Shown: positions 46,418-56,425 of the stretch, in pieces
Numbering within the stretch: the stretch's first letter is position 1
Layout of the letters: each line of letters begins with the position of its first letter
Source: Tannerella forsythia
Lineage (GTDB): Bacteria > Bacteroidota > Bacteroidia > Bacteroidales > Tannerellaceae
Length of the DNA stretch: 64,000 bases
Assembly: GCF_001006485.1 (NCBI RefSeq)
Contig: NZ_JUET01000078.1
Coordinates: forward strand, 35,143-99,142
Reading direction: 5' to 3'
The notes under the pieces: model-generated
What the model was told of the DNA's origin: nothing
Database searches by the model: none
What the model saw: only the letters and a program-made list of their open reading frames with translations
Program-made: the position numbers and the translations under genes

Positions 46418-47595
46418 AAAAATATATGATAGCAGGACTTGCCGTGCTGCTGACCATCGTGGCGCAAGCGCAGACGACGATGGACGAGGTATTGCGTCAA
46501 GTGGAAACGAATAACCGCGAGTTGCAGGCCGCCCGCCAGTATTACGAGTTGCAGTTGCTCGAATCGAAAAGTGAGAATAACCTGCCCGATCCATCGGTGA
46601 GTTATTCGCATCAATACGGCAATCGTGCGGAGATGGGCGTACAGGGTGAGCTGGTCGCGTCGCAGTCGTTCGAGTTCCCCACGGTTTACGGGCAACGCAG
46701 CAAACTGACGACCGTTCGCCAACAACTCTTCGCCTCGCAATACACCGGTGAGCGTCGTCAGGTATTGCTCAATGCCCAAGAGGTCTGCCTCGATTTAGTG
46801 TGGCTTAACCGGCGTCGACAGCTCCTTCGCGAACGGCGACGCGACGCCGAGCGGCTGGCGGAGCTGTATGACGAGCGTTTGAAGAAAGGCAATGCCAATA
46901 TACTGGAGACGAATAAAATCAAGCTCGAGCTCTTAAACGTAAAGACGGAAGAACGGCTGAACGAGACGGAACGCGAAGGCAAGTTGCGCGAATTGGCCAC
47001 GTTGAACGGCGGACACCCCGTCGCATTCACCGATACGGTTTACCCCTCGCCTGCCGAACCGTCCTCGTGGGACGCGTTACGTGACGAGGCGCTGGCCGCC
47101 GACGCCACATTACAGACGTTGCAATACCGGCAGGCCGAAGCGCAGCGGCAGATCGGCGTAAGCCGCGCTCAGGGGCTGCCCGGACTGGAGCTGGGCTATC
47201 GGCTGAACACGGCCACCGGTGGAGATCGATACAACGGCTTCGTCGTGGGAATGAGCATCCCGCTCTTTTCAAACCGCCATCAGGTGAAGAAGGCGCACCG
47301 TCAAAGTCATTATGTAGAGTTGCAACGTGAGAGCGCTGCGGTACAGGCCAAGAACCGCCTGATGCAGCTCTATCACCGGTTGCAGGTACTCCGCGCTTCG
47401 ATGGACGAATTTGATACCGTACTCAAAAATCAGGACAACCTGAACCTGCTGAATAAAGCGTTGCAAGCCGGACAAATCTCCATGATCGAGTATTTCGTCA
47501 GCATCGGCACGCTATATCAGAGCACCGACTATCATCTGCAACTGCAAAGCGAATACCACAAAGTGCTGGCCGCGATTTACAGCTACAAACTTTGA
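46414..47595 (+). CDS. TolC-family outer membrane factor (CzcC-like)
   Basis: Signal peptide, two OEP repeats with coiled coils, and a start that overlaps the czcA stop. Confidence 0.8.
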   Translation: MKKYMIAGLAVLLTIVAQAQTTMDEVLRQVETNNRELQAARQYYELQLLESKSENNLPDPSVSYSHQYGNRAEMGVQGELVASQSFEFPTVYGQRSKLTTVRQQLFASQYTGERRQVLLNAQEVCLDLVWLNRRRQLLRERRRDAERLAELYDERLKKGNANILETNKIKLELLNVKTEERLNETEREGKLRELATLNGGHPVAFTDTVYPSPAEPSSWDALRDEALAADATLQTLQYRQAEAQRQIGVSRAQGLPGLELGYRLNTATGGDRYNGFVVGMSIPLFSNRHQVKKAHRQSHYVELQRESAAVQAKNRLMQLYHRLQVLRASMDEFDTVLKNQDNLNLLNKALQAGQISMIEYFVSIGTLYQSTDYHLQLQSEYHKVLAAIYSYKL

Positions 47596-47692
47596 TAACG
47601 GTAAAGTAGAGCGCAACAGTCGGAAAAAGGAGATGAAGTGTCATTCATATCGAACGGATCGATAAACACGTATCGAACGGGCGCATAAGAAG

Positions 47693-47739
47693 AGAGGGTG
47701 TGCCGGAGCGAAAAGCTCCGGCACACCCTCTTTCTATTT
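47693..47739. terminator. Bidirectional intrinsic terminator (17-bp perfect stem) between convergent czcC and the isomerase gene
   Basis: agagggtgtgccggagc gaaaa gctccggcacaccctct, followed by ttctatttg. Confidence 0.7.
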
Positions 47740-47759
47740 GTGAATCCGAAGGAAGAAGT

Positions 47760-48620
47760 TTAGGGAAACAGTTCTTCGACCGTCTGATGGAAATATTCGA
47801 TACATTTCCGGATATCCGGTACCGAGTTCTCCCAGTTGGCTTCGTACTCAATCGAGAAAACGCCTTCAAACCGCTGACGTTTCAACTCTTCGAGCATGCC
47901 TTTCATATCCAGACTGCCGGTGCCCCAGATCACATCATCCTGCCAGGCCACACCTTCCTTTTTCGGTGCGACATCTTTGAAATGAAGCGACCGTACACGT
48001 CCCTGCAACATTTTCAAACACTCCACCGGATCAAGCCCTTCGCGACGCCAATGACCGACATCGGCACAGGAACCGATGCGTGCATCACGCGTCGAGATCT
48101 GTTTCAACACGTTTTCGGGTGTCCAATAGTCCGACGGCTGCGGATGATTATGGACGGACACTTTCAGATCGTACTGTTTGGCCAGACGTTCTATCAGATC
48201 CCAGTCTTTCGTGGCCGGCTCGCACGAGATAAATTCCATCTCCATATCCTTGGCCAGTCGAAACATCTTTTCCCATGTCGAGGCATCGTTGGTCATGTAC
48301 ACGCCGGTACCCGCGAAACGGATCTGCTTTGAGGCGGCAAGCGCTTTCAGCTCTTCGCGCGTTTGCGCGTCGAGATCGTAGCCAAACACCCGATCGCCCC
48401 ATTGTCCGCCCAGTTTATGGCCGGGATAGACCTCGATGTTGTGAACCCCCAGCTCCGCTACTTTGTCGAGCGTTTCTACGAGCGTGAACTTATGGAACGA
48501 ATACGATTGCACGGACAACCGCCAACCGTTTTTCTCAGCCTTGTCCCGTGCCGGACAAACGGTCGGTAATAGGCTGCATATAAGTGTAACGACCGCTCCC
48601 AGCCATATCGTTCTTTTCAT
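47760..48620 (-). CDS. Sugar phosphate isomerase/epimerase (xylose-isomerase-like TIM barrel), secreted
   Basis: Signal peptide MKRTIWLGAVVTLICSLLPTVCPA. The TIM-barrel divalent-metal motifs are SVHNHP...GSCADVGHW...HFKD...SIEYE. Confidence 0.75.
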   Translation of the reverse strand: MKRTIWLGAVVTLICSLLPTVCPARDKAEKNGWRLSVQSYSFHKFTLVETLDKVAELGVHNIEVYPGHKLGGQWGDRVFGYDLDAQTREELKALAASKQIRFAGTGVYMTNDASTWEKMFRLAKDMEMEFISCEPATKDWDLIERLAKQYDLKVSVHNHPQPSDYWTPENVLKQISTRDARIGSCADVGHWRREGLDPVECLKMLQGRVRSLHFKDVAPKKEGVAWQDDVIWGTGSLDMKGMLEELKRQRFEGVFSIEYEANWENSVPDIRKCIEYFHQTVEELFP

Positions 48621-48649
48621 CTTCCGGATCGTTATTGGTGAGGGAATGA

Positions 48650-49918
48650 TTACAATGTTTTCACCCGGATGTTACGCCAAAGCACCTTAATACCTCCTCC
48701 GTCATGTATTTGCAGAGCGATACGGCCTTGACCGGCACCGATCTTCTCGTCCTGAATATCGACCATCTGTTCGCCGTTCAACCAAGTCGTTACCTGATTG
48801 CCGACCACCCGGATACGCATCGTGTTCCACTCTCTTTCTTTGAGGAAGTTTTCGCGATCGTCCGGAATCTGGATCAGCCATCCGCGGCCATACGACTCGT
48901 AGATACCGCCCGTATCGAATCCTTTTGGAGCCACCTCCACCTGCCAGCCGTTCACTTTCGCTCCTTCTTCTACGAACGAACGGATGAAGATACCCGAGTT
49001 GCCATCGGCTTCCTGCTTGAAGTCGGCCGTCAACTCAAAATCGTTATAATATTTGCATGTGGCCAGATAACCGTACTGCTTGTCGGGACCGCTCTCGCAA
49101 ACGAGCAGGCTGTCCTGTACATACCATTGCTCCGTTCCGTACACATCCCAGCCCGTCAGGTCTTTGCCGTTAAACAATTCTTCTTCCTCCGTCTTGCGTG
49201 GTAATTCACGGATTTTAATGTTGCGGAACCATGCCGGATAACCGTGATCCTGCAAGCATATCAGCCCTTTGCGCGCCAGACCGTATTCGGGAGCATTCTC
49301 CCACTTACCGCTGTTCTTACGTTGAAACCAATCGTCCGACCATGCTTCGAATTCGATCGTTTTCTGTCCGTTCATGTAGTACTCTACATGTCCGTTGTCG
49401 AAGACGATTTTCGAGGTATTCCATTCGCCGGCGGGACGTACATTCATCGTCGCGAAATCGGGCAGATACATCGCATAATCCACGCCGCAACGCTGCCAGT
49501 CTTCCAACGGTTCGGCAAACCCTTTGTCGTCGATCAACTGGTATTCGGGACCGGTCACGTATGGCACCTTGTACTGCGGACGCTCCACAACGTGATAAAG
49601 CAATCCGCTGTTACCGCCCTTCGAGATTTTCCAATCCCATTGCAGCTCGAAATTCTCATAGATACGATCATACACGATGTATCCGTTCTCATCGCTGCCT
49701 TCGCCATCGGCCTGAATAGCACCGTCGACCACTTCCCACGGACCGGTCAGGGCCTGACCGTTGTAATCACGCCAGCCTTCGAGCGTCTGACCGTCGAACA
49801 GCAATTGCCATCCCGCTGCCTTTTCCTCTTCGGTCAACACATTTTGCGGTTTCTCGGAACATGCCGTTAAGGCTCCGAATAAAACCATCACACATAAACA
49901 ATTCATGCACTTCATCAT
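48650..49918 (-). CDS. Tandem DUF1080 (3-keto-disaccharide-hydrolase-like) domain protein, secreted
   Basis: The signal peptide MMKCMNCLCVMVLFGALTAC begins at 49918. Two DUF1080-like repeats are present (GWRDYNG...WEVVDGAI and GWDVYGTEQWYVQDSLL...GNSGIFIRS). The ORF-track start at 50077 is an upstream in-frame extension. Confidence 0.7.
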   Translation of the reverse strand: MMKCMNCLCVMVLFGALTACSEKPQNVLTEEEKAAGWQLLFDGQTLEGWRDYNGQALTGPWEVVDGAIQADGEGSDENGYIVYDRIYENFELQWDWKISKGGNSGLLYHVVERPQYKVPYVTGPEYQLIDDKGFAEPLEDWQRCGVDYAMYLPDFATMNVRPAGEWNTSKIVFDNGHVEYYMNGQKTIEFEAWSDDWFQRKNSGKWENAPEYGLARKGLICLQDHGYPAWFRNIKIRELPRKTEEEELFNGKDLTGWDVYGTEQWYVQDSLLVCESGPDKQYGYLATCKYYNDFELTADFKQEADGNSGIFIRSFVEEGAKVNGWQVEVAPKGFDTGGIYESYGRGWLIQIPDDRENFLKEREWNTMRIRVVGNQVTTWLNGEQMVDIQDEKIGAGQGRIALQIHDGGGIKVLWRNIRVKTL

Positions 49919-49990
49919 AAAAACAATTTTAAAATTTTCAAAAAACTCCACAAAGATAGTCATTCTTTGTAAAATGATTATCTTTGTCCG

Positions 49991-50506
49991 GTGAAAACAA
50001 AAAGAATGAAAAGTAAACGGATTATACTGGGCGTTGTCTTGTTCTTCTCCGCTTTGTGCGGAATGAAAGCCGAACATCAGACCTCTGTCCCTCCGGTAAA
50101 AGCGGGCAATTTCACCTATACATTGGGTTCAGGGCAAAAGGATTCGCTTTACGCGCTTACATCGGAATGGATACTGCTCTATTTTTACGAACCGACGTGC
50201 GAAGACTGCCGCCTACTTACCGAACAAATAGCCGGATCGGAAATCCTGAATCGTCTCTTTGCCGAGAAAAAGTTGCAGGTACTGGCCATCTATCCGGACA
50301 ATGACCGGGAGCTTTGGAAAAACCATGCTTCCCACCTGCCGGAGCAGTGGATCAACGGGTATGACGAACATTTGTCGATCATCCCCGGAAGCAACTATCT
50401 GTTCCGTTCATTACCGGCACTTTATCTGCTGGATAAAGAGAAGTACATCCGTTTGCGGGAAACAACACTCGAAGCCATTGAAAATGCAATGCGAAGAATA
50501 AAATGA
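49991..50506 (+). CDS. Thioredoxin-fold protein (TlpA/DUF4369-like) with a CxxC motif
   Basis: Signal peptide, then LLYFYEPTCEDCRLL (CxxC). Confidence 0.5.
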   Translation: MKTKRMKSKRIILGVVLFFSALCGMKAEHQTSVPPVKAGNFTYTLGSGQKDSLYALTSEWILLYFYEPTCEDCRLLTEQIAGSEILNRLFAEKKLQVLAIYPDNDRELWKNHASHLPEQWINGYDEHLSIIPGSNYLFRSLPALYLLDKEKYIRLRETTLEAIENAMRRIK

Positions 50507-50521
50507 AGGAGGAATCAAACA

Positions 50522-51145
50522 ATGGATAAGAAGATCAGATTAATCGTGCAGGGATTGACGAACAGTCAGGTCCAGTCGGGGGCTTATGCGTTGATTTTGT
50601 CGGAGAACGGGCCGCGCCGCCTGCCCGTCATCGTCGGTGTTTCGGAGGCGCAATCGATCGCGATTGCGTTGGAAGAGCTAACTCCTCCCCGTCCTTTGAC
50701 ACACGATTTGTTCGTCGGGGTGATACAGTCGTTTAAACTCTTTCTTTCGGAAGTATTCATCTATCGATTCGAGGAAGGAGTATTCTATTCGGAGCTTATC
50801 TTCTCGGACGGAACGAACGAAGTGCGTATCGACTCGCGCACGTCGGACGCCGTAGCGATCGCCTTGCGGGTAAACTGCCCGATATACACGCTCGAATCGA
50901 TCATGCAGCAATGCGGGGTGGTGATTGATGAAGGAACGATCGAAAACGAAGCGCCGGTATTATCGAAAGACCTGAATCCCGAAGAGATTCACGACCCGGA
51001 GAAACTGCGCGAATGGCTCAATATGCTGCAACGCGGTGAGCTTGAAGAGCGGATGCAGAAAGCCATCGGCGAAGAGAAATACGAGTCGGCCAAGATTTAC
51101 CGGGACGAACTGAACCGCCGTGATCATTTCGGCGATATACAATAA
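50522..51145 (+). CDS. Bifunctional nuclease (DUF151/BFN) domain protein with a C-terminal UVR motif
   Basis: RLPVIVGVSEAQSIAIALE...SDAVAIALRVNCPIYT matches DUF151. The C-terminal EKYESAKIYRDELNRR is UvrB/C-like. Confidence 0.7.
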   Translation: MDKKIRLIVQGLTNSQVQSGAYALILSENGPRRLPVIVGVSEAQSIAIALEELTPPRPLTHDLFVGVIQSFKLFLSEVFIYRFEEGVFYSELIFSDGTNEVRIDSRTSDAVAIALRVNCPIYTLESIMQQCGVVIDEGTIENEAPVLSKDLNPEEIHDPEKLREWLNMLQRGELEERMQKAIGEEKYESAKIYRDELNRRDHFGDIQ

Positions 51146-51174
51146 ACGATACACCTTATATAGACAGTTCACGC

Positions 51175-51876
51175 ATGCAGCTTTTCTACGCTCCCGACAT
51201 TGCGACGAATCCGCTCTTACCCGAAGAGGAATCGAGGCATTGCACGAAAGTACTGCGTCTGACAGTGGATGACACGTTGATGCTGACCGACGGCAAAGGG
51301 TCGTTTTACCGGGCTGTGATTGCCGAACCCCATCCGAAATATTGCCGGGTAACGGTTGTAGAACACCTGCCGCAGGCGCCGTTATGGCCGTTCCGGATAC
51401 ATCTGGCCGTAGCGCCGACGAAGAATATCGACCGTATGGAATGGTTTCTCGAAAAAGCGACCGAAGTAGGGATCGATACCGTGACATGCCTCAACTGCCG
51501 CTTCTCGGAACGTCGGGAGGTAAAGACCGAGCGGTTAGAGAAAATCCTTGTTTCGGCCATGAAGCAATCGCAGAAAGCACGCCTGCCTCAGCTTATCGGA
51601 ATGAGCGACTTTAGCGATTTCGTTGCTCGTCCGTTTGAAGGACGGAAAATGATTGCGCATTGCCACACTCCGGAGGATTTGCCTTTGATTCGTTCCGTCT
51701 ACCGTCCGGGCGAAGATGCGCTGATACTGATCGGCCCCGAAGGAGATTTCAGCAAGGAAGAAGTGGAGCTGGCCGAAGCGCATGGCTTCACAGGTGTTTC
51801 ATTGGGAAAAAGCCGCCTGCGCACCGAGACAGCCGCCTTCACCGCCTGCCATACCCTCCATGTCCTAAATCAGTAA
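51175..51876 (+). CDS. rsmE: 16S rRNA (uracil1498-N3)-methyltransferase
   Basis: MQLFYAPDI...EESRHCTKVLRL N-terminus with a PUA-like domain and SPOUT-fold C-terminus (LILIGPEGDFSKEEV). Confidence 0.85.
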   Translation: MQLFYAPDIATNPLLPEEESRHCTKVLRLTVDDTLMLTDGKGSFYRAVIAEPHPKYCRVTVVEHLPQAPLWPFRIHLAVAPTKNIDRMEWFLEKATEVGIDTVTCLNCRFSERREVKTERLEKILVSAMKQSQKARLPQLIGMSDFSDFVARPFEGRKMIAHCHTPEDLPLIRSVYRPGEDALILIGPEGDFSKEEVELAEAHGFTGVSLGKSRLRTETAAFTACHTLHVLNQ

Positions 51877-51972
51877 GAGGCAATCTTCCGCACGAACAAA
51901 CACGCTTATGGTGCACGTTTTTTAGCGCCCCCAAATGCGTTGAATCGATTATTTCCACTATCTTTGTCTCTT

Positions 51973-52345
51973 GGCAGCAGACCGGTCTGTCGCTTATTCT
52001 TTTGGGGATGAGAGGAAAGTCCGGGCAACACAGGGCGCCATCCTTCCTAACGGGAAGCTGTCTGCGAGGGCAGAGTAACGTAGCAGAAAAGAACCGCCGC
52101 GCTGTAAGGCGAGGTAAGGGTGAAAAGGTGAGGTAAGAGCTTACCGCTCCCGTCGGAATACGGGAGGTCCGTACGTCTGATGGGTTGTAAGGTCATGTAT
52201 ACCGACGATAGAGGGCGGCTCGTCCGATGTCGGGGGGTAGACCGCAAAGAGTTTGCCGGCGACGGTAATCCAAGATAAATGACAGACGCTTCGTCTTTCT
52301 TTTCGGGGTGACGGAGTACAGAACCCGGCTTACAGGTCGGCTGCC
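51973..52345 (+). ncRNA. rnpB: RNase P RNA (bacterial type A)
   Basis: Present are GGAAAGTCCGGGC (P4 5' strand), GGTAAGGGTGAAAAGGTGAGGTAAGAGCTTACC (P10-P12 region) and ACAGAACCCGGCTTA (P4 3' strand). The P1 helix is ggcagcagaccgg / caggtcggctgcc, followed by a U-run. The ORF-track ORFs here are spurious. Confidence 0.85.
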
Positions 52346-52378
52346 TTTTTTTACGATAAACAACACATAAGCATAACG

Positions 52379-53743
52379 ATGCCGGATAATAAGACGACTA
52401 AAAAATCGCTCATCACGCGAATTAGCGAGGGAATTTCATCATTGATTCGCTTCGTCACCTACGATATTTGGAGGGTAGCTGACAACGAAATGAGCGGGTT
52501 ACGCCGATCCTATATTTACGTGGCCAAGACCGTGATTCTGGCCGTGCGCGGCTTCAGAAGCGAGAATTTGCAGACACGCGCCTCAGCACTGACATACAGC
52601 ACGCTATTGGCCCTTGTTCCGTTATTGGCCGTCATTGTCGGCATAGCAAGCGGATTCGGCTTTCGCGACACCGTGCGAAAAGGGCTGTACGACTTCTTCC
52701 CCAGCCAATCGTTTCAAATCGATAAGGCACTCAATTTTGCCGAAAATTACCTCTCCATGGCCAAAGGAGGCTTGTTTATCGGAGTAGGACTTGTTCTCCT
52801 CTTTTACACCGTCATCAGTCTGATTTCGACGATCGAACGTACCTTTAACAACATCTGGCAGATACAAAAAGACCGCCCGTGGCATCGCAAGGTAAGCGAC
52901 TATATGGCGATGTTTGTCATCCTACCCGTACTGATGACCTGCTCAAGCGGACTCTCGATCTTCATTTCAACGATCCGAAACTCTTACCTTAACGAATTTA
53001 TTTTCCTGACCCCGATTGCCGACCTGACGCTCAGCCTGTTGCCTTACGTAATCATCAGTCTGTTCTTCACGCTGCTCTATATCTTCGTTCCCAATACGAA
53101 GGTACGCTTTCTCAATGCGTTGGTGGCCGGGACCATCATTGGATGTGTCTTTCAGATTTTCCAGAATTTCTACATCAGCGGACAGATCTGGGTAAGCAAA
53201 TATAACGCTATCTACGGAAGCTTTGCCGCCCTTCCTTTACTCATGCTATGGCTGCAAGTGTCGTGGTTGATCTGCCTGTTCGGCGCCGAGATCGTTTATG
53301 CCTCACAGAACGTGAAAAAATTCAGCTTCGAACGCGACAGCAAAAATATCAGTCGACGGTATCACGACTTTTTGGCTATCCTTATCGCTACGCTAATCGT
53401 AAAACGCTTCGAACAAGGAGAAAAGCCCTACACGGCCGACGAGCTTTCGGAGTCATACCGCATACCTATCCGCCTCACTACAAGAATCCTTTGTTTACTT
53501 ACCGAGTTAGGCATTCTGATTGAAGTCAATTACGAAGACGACGAGCGTATTGTTCATTATCAACCGGCTTTCGACATTCATCAGATTAGCGTAGGACTCT
53601 TGCTGCGAAAAATCGATGAGCACGGATCGGAAAACTTCAAGATTGATACGAACGAAACGTTCGGAAAAGAATGGCATACCTTTCTCGATAAACGACAAGA
53701 ACTTTACCTGCCCAACAAGGACATTCTGCTGAAAGATTTATAA
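52379..53743 (+). CDS. YihY/virulence-factor BrkB-family membrane protein with a C-terminal extension
   Basis: RASALTYSTLLALVPLLAV is the hallmark of YihY/BrkB. There are six TM helices and an extra C-terminal domain of about 150 aa. Confidence 0.75.
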   Translation: MPDNKTTKKSLITRISEGISSLIRFVTYDIWRVADNEMSGLRRSYIYVAKTVILAVRGFRSENLQTRASALTYSTLLALVPLLAVIVGIASGFGFRDTVRKGLYDFFPSQSFQIDKALNFAENYLSMAKGGLFIGVGLVLLFYTVISLISTIERTFNNIWQIQKDRPWHRKVSDYMAMFVILPVLMTCSSGLSIFISTIRNSYLNEFIFLTPIADLTLSLLPYVIISLFFTLLYIFVPNTKVRFLNALVAGTIIGCVFQIFQNFYISGQIWVSKYNAIYGSFAALPLLMLWLQVSWLICLFGAEIVYASQNVKKFSFERDSKNISRRYHDFLAILIATLIVKRFEQGEKPYTADELSESYRIPIRLTTRILCLLTELGILIEVNYEDDERIVHYQPAFDIHQISVGLLLRKIDEHGSENFKIDTNETFGKEWHTFLDKRQELYLPNKDILLKDL

Positions 53744-53933
53744 CCATCGTTATCTTTAGCCGTATGAACGATTCTATCTGTCGGAGTAAAAACATACCGA
53801 TCCTGAAAAATCCATGTCTTACATTAGAGAAACGACACCATCCTCCAAAGGATAAGTTTATTCATCAAACAGAGATTGATTTGCTTGCTCCGTATTTTTA
53901 AAATCTGGTGTCTCTTTTCAGCTAAAAAACCTC

Positions 53934-53941
53934 TATCTTTG
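53934..53941 (+). promoter_or_regulatory. Candidate -7 promoter box (TAnnTTTG) for the thrA operon
   Basis: tatctttg lies 40 bp upstream of the thrA ATG. Confidence 0.35.
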
Positions 53942-53980
53942 CGGTCTGATTCAGGTTTAGCAAACAGATTACATACATCA

Positions 53981-56419
53981 ATGAAAGTATTGAAATTCGG
54001 TGGCACATCGGTCGGTTCGACGGAAAGTATCCGCAGTGTCAAAAAGATTGTCGAAGCCATTGAAGAGCCGGTTATTGTTGTCGTTTCCGCATTGGGCGGG
54101 ATCACCGACAAACTCCTGAAAACCTCTGAGCTCGCGTCGAAAGGGGATCCGGCCTATCAGCAGGAATTAGCCGAAATCGTTGCACGTCATCGCAACATCA
54201 TCGAAAGCGTTGTGCCGAAAGCTGCACAGGAAAAGGTAGAGAATCTGGTAATGGAGACGCTCGACGAGCTGGAGAATATTTTCCGAGGCGTCTTTCTAAT
54301 CAAAGATTTATCTCCTAAAACGTCGGACACGATCGTTAGCTACGGCGAACGGCTTTCGTCGTTGATCATCGCTCATATCATCAAGGACGCCAAGCTATAT
54401 GACTCGCGTCAATTTATCAAGACCGTCAAGCAATTCAACAAGCATATCGTCGATTTCGAACAGACAAACCAACGGGTCAACGAAACGTTTCAATCGCTTC
54501 CGCAGGTGGCACTTGTACCCGGATTTATTTCATCGAGCTGCGAAAACGACGAAGTGACAAACCTCGGCCGTGGCGGATCCGATTATACGGCTGCCATTCT
54601 GGCTGCGGCGCTGAATGCATCGATCCTGGAGATCTGGACAGACGTCGACGGATTCATGACTGCCGACCCACGCGTCATCGACTCCGCATACGTCATCGAC
54701 CGTCTCTCATTCACCGAAGCGATGGAACTTTGCCACTTCGGTGCCAAAGTTATTTATCCGCCAACGATTTATCCCGTACTCCGCAAAAATATTCCGATCC
54801 GTATACGCAACACCTTCAACCCTGAAGCTCCGGGTACGTATATCTCGAAAGAGTCGCACGCCGACAAGCAGAAGAGCATGATCAAAGGCATCTCGTCGAT
54901 CAACGACACCTGCCTGATCACCGTACAGGGACTGGGTATGGTCGGAGTCATCGGAGTTAACCGACGTATTTTCAAGGCGCTGGCACAAAACGGAATCAGC
55001 GTGTTCATGGTCTCGCAAGCCAGTTCGGAAAACAACACGACATTTGCCGTGAAAAATGAGGATGCCGAGTTGGCTGTACGTGTACTCGACGATGAGTTCG
55101 CACTGGAACGCTCACAGGGCGAAATGAATCCGACGATTGCTCAGAAAGGACTGGCGACCGTGGCCATTGTAGGTGAAAACATGAGGCATACCCCCGGAGT
55201 GGCCGGCAAACTGTTCGGTACGCTCGGAAGTGCGGGTATCAGTGTCATAGCCTGTGCGCAGGGAGCTTCCGAAACAAACATCTCGTTCGTCATCAAACTT
55301 GAGTCGTTACGTAAGGCGTTAAACTCCATCCATGATTCATTCTTCCTTTCGGAATACAAGGTACTTAACCTCTTCCTCGTCGGTATCGGAACGGTAGGTA
55401 GTCACCTGTTGGAACAGATTCAACGGCAGCAACCCGAGCTGATGAAACAAAACAGACTAAAAATCAATGTGGTCGGCATCTCCAATTCCAAACGCATGTT
55501 GCTGAATCGCGAAGGGTTGGATTTGACAATGTGCATTAAAGAGCTAAAGACAGAGGGTACCCCCTCCTCGCCCGAAGCATTGTACGATGAGATTATCCGG
55601 ATGAATATTTTCAACTCCGTCTTTGTCGATTGCACCTCGAGCGAGAAAATCACAGCGCTTTACGAAAAGCTGCTGGACAATAACATCTCCGTCGTGGCAG
55701 CCAACAAGCTCGCGGCCTCCTCGCAACAGAAAATTTACCAGCTGCTGAAAGATACCGCTCGCAAACGCAATGTAAAATACCTTTTCGAAACGAACGTGGG
55801 TGCGGGCCTGCCCATCATCAACACGATGAACAATTTGATCAACAGCGGCGACCACATCCTACGGTTAGAAGCTGTCGTTTCAGGTACCCTGAACTTCATC
55901 TTCAACACGGTCAGCGAAGACATATCGCTGAGCCAGGCGATCCGTATGGCCGTAGACGCCGGGTATGCCGAACCCGATCCGCGCACCGACCTGAGCGGCA
56001 AGGACGTGATCCGTAAATTAGTGATTCTCGCACGCGAAGCCGGCTACAAGATCGAACAGAAGGAAGTAAAAATAACCTCCTTCATTCCCGAAGCATATTT
56101 CAACGATACAGTAGAGTACTTCTGGGAACATATTCCGGAACTGGATGCCGCCTTCGAAGAAAAACGCAAGAAAATCGCTGCTGAGAACAAACGGATGCGC
56201 TTCGTTGCCAGTATGAAAGAAGGGGCTTGCGAAGTCGGACTGAAGGAGGTAGACAGTCACCATCCGTTTTACGAACTCGAAGGCAGCAACAACATCATCA
56301 TGATCTCGACCGAACGCTATCATGATTATCCGATGATCATCAAAGGATACGGAGCCGGAGCGGCCGTAACGGCTGCCGGCGTGTTTGCCGACATCATCTC
56401 CATCGCGAACATCCGCTGA
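53981..56419 (+). CDS. thrA: Bifunctional aspartate kinase / homoserine dehydrogenase I
   Basis: MKVLKFGGTSVGS start, with aspartokinase, two ACT domains and a homoserine dehydrogenase domain (GIGTVGSHLLEQI). The ORF-track start at 53876 is an upstream extension. Confidence 0.9.
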   Translation: MKVLKFGGTSVGSTESIRSVKKIVEAIEEPVIVVVSALGGITDKLLKTSELASKGDPAYQQELAEIVARHRNIIESVVPKAAQEKVENLVMETLDELENIFRGVFLIKDLSPKTSDTIVSYGERLSSLIIAHIIKDAKLYDSRQFIKTVKQFNKHIVDFEQTNQRVNETFQSLPQVALVPGFISSSCENDEVTNLGRGGSDYTAAILAAALNASILEIWTDVDGFMTADPRVIDSAYVIDRLSFTEAMELCHFGAKVIYPPTIYPVLRKNIPIRIRNTFNPEAPGTYISKESHADKQKSMIKGISSINDTCLITVQGLGMVGVIGVNRRIFKALAQNGISVFMVSQASSENNTTFAVKNEDAELAVRVLDDEFALERSQGEMNPTIAQKGLATVAIVGENMRHTPGVAGKLFGTLGSAGISVIACAQGASETNISFVIKLESLRKALNSIHDSFFLSEYKVLNLFLVGIGTVGSHLLEQIQRQQPELMKQNRLKINVVGISNSKRMLLNREGLDLTMCIKELKTEGTPSSPEALYDEIIRMNIFNSVFVDCTSSEKITALYEKLLDNNISVVAANKLAASSQQKIYQLLKDTARKRNVKYLFETNVGAGLPIINTMNNLINSGDHILRLEAVVSGTLNFIFNTVSEDISLSQAIRMAVDAGYAEPDPRTDLSGKDVIRKLVILAREAGYKIEQKEVKITSFIPEAYFNDTVEYFWEHIPELDAAFEEKRKKIAAENKRMRFVASMKEGACEVGLKEVDSHHPFYELEGSNNIIMISTERYHDYPMIIKGYGAGAAVTAAGVFADIISIANIR

Positions 56420-56425
56420 GGCAAA

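Noticed and set aside
47700-48332. 210-aa plus-strand ORF starting within the terminator hairpin
   Set aside because: It is antisense to the sugar phosphate isomerase gene and begins inside a perfect 17-bp hairpin.
51660-52247. ORFs of 158 aa and 66 aa across the rsmE-yihY intergenic region
   Set aside because: They coincide with the RNase P RNA gene. The Arg- and Gly-rich translations are typical of GC-rich structured RNA read as protein.
53876-53980. Upstream extension of thrA
   Set aside because: The conserved aspartokinase N-terminus MKVLKFGGTSV begins at 53981. The extension covers the candidate promoter box.
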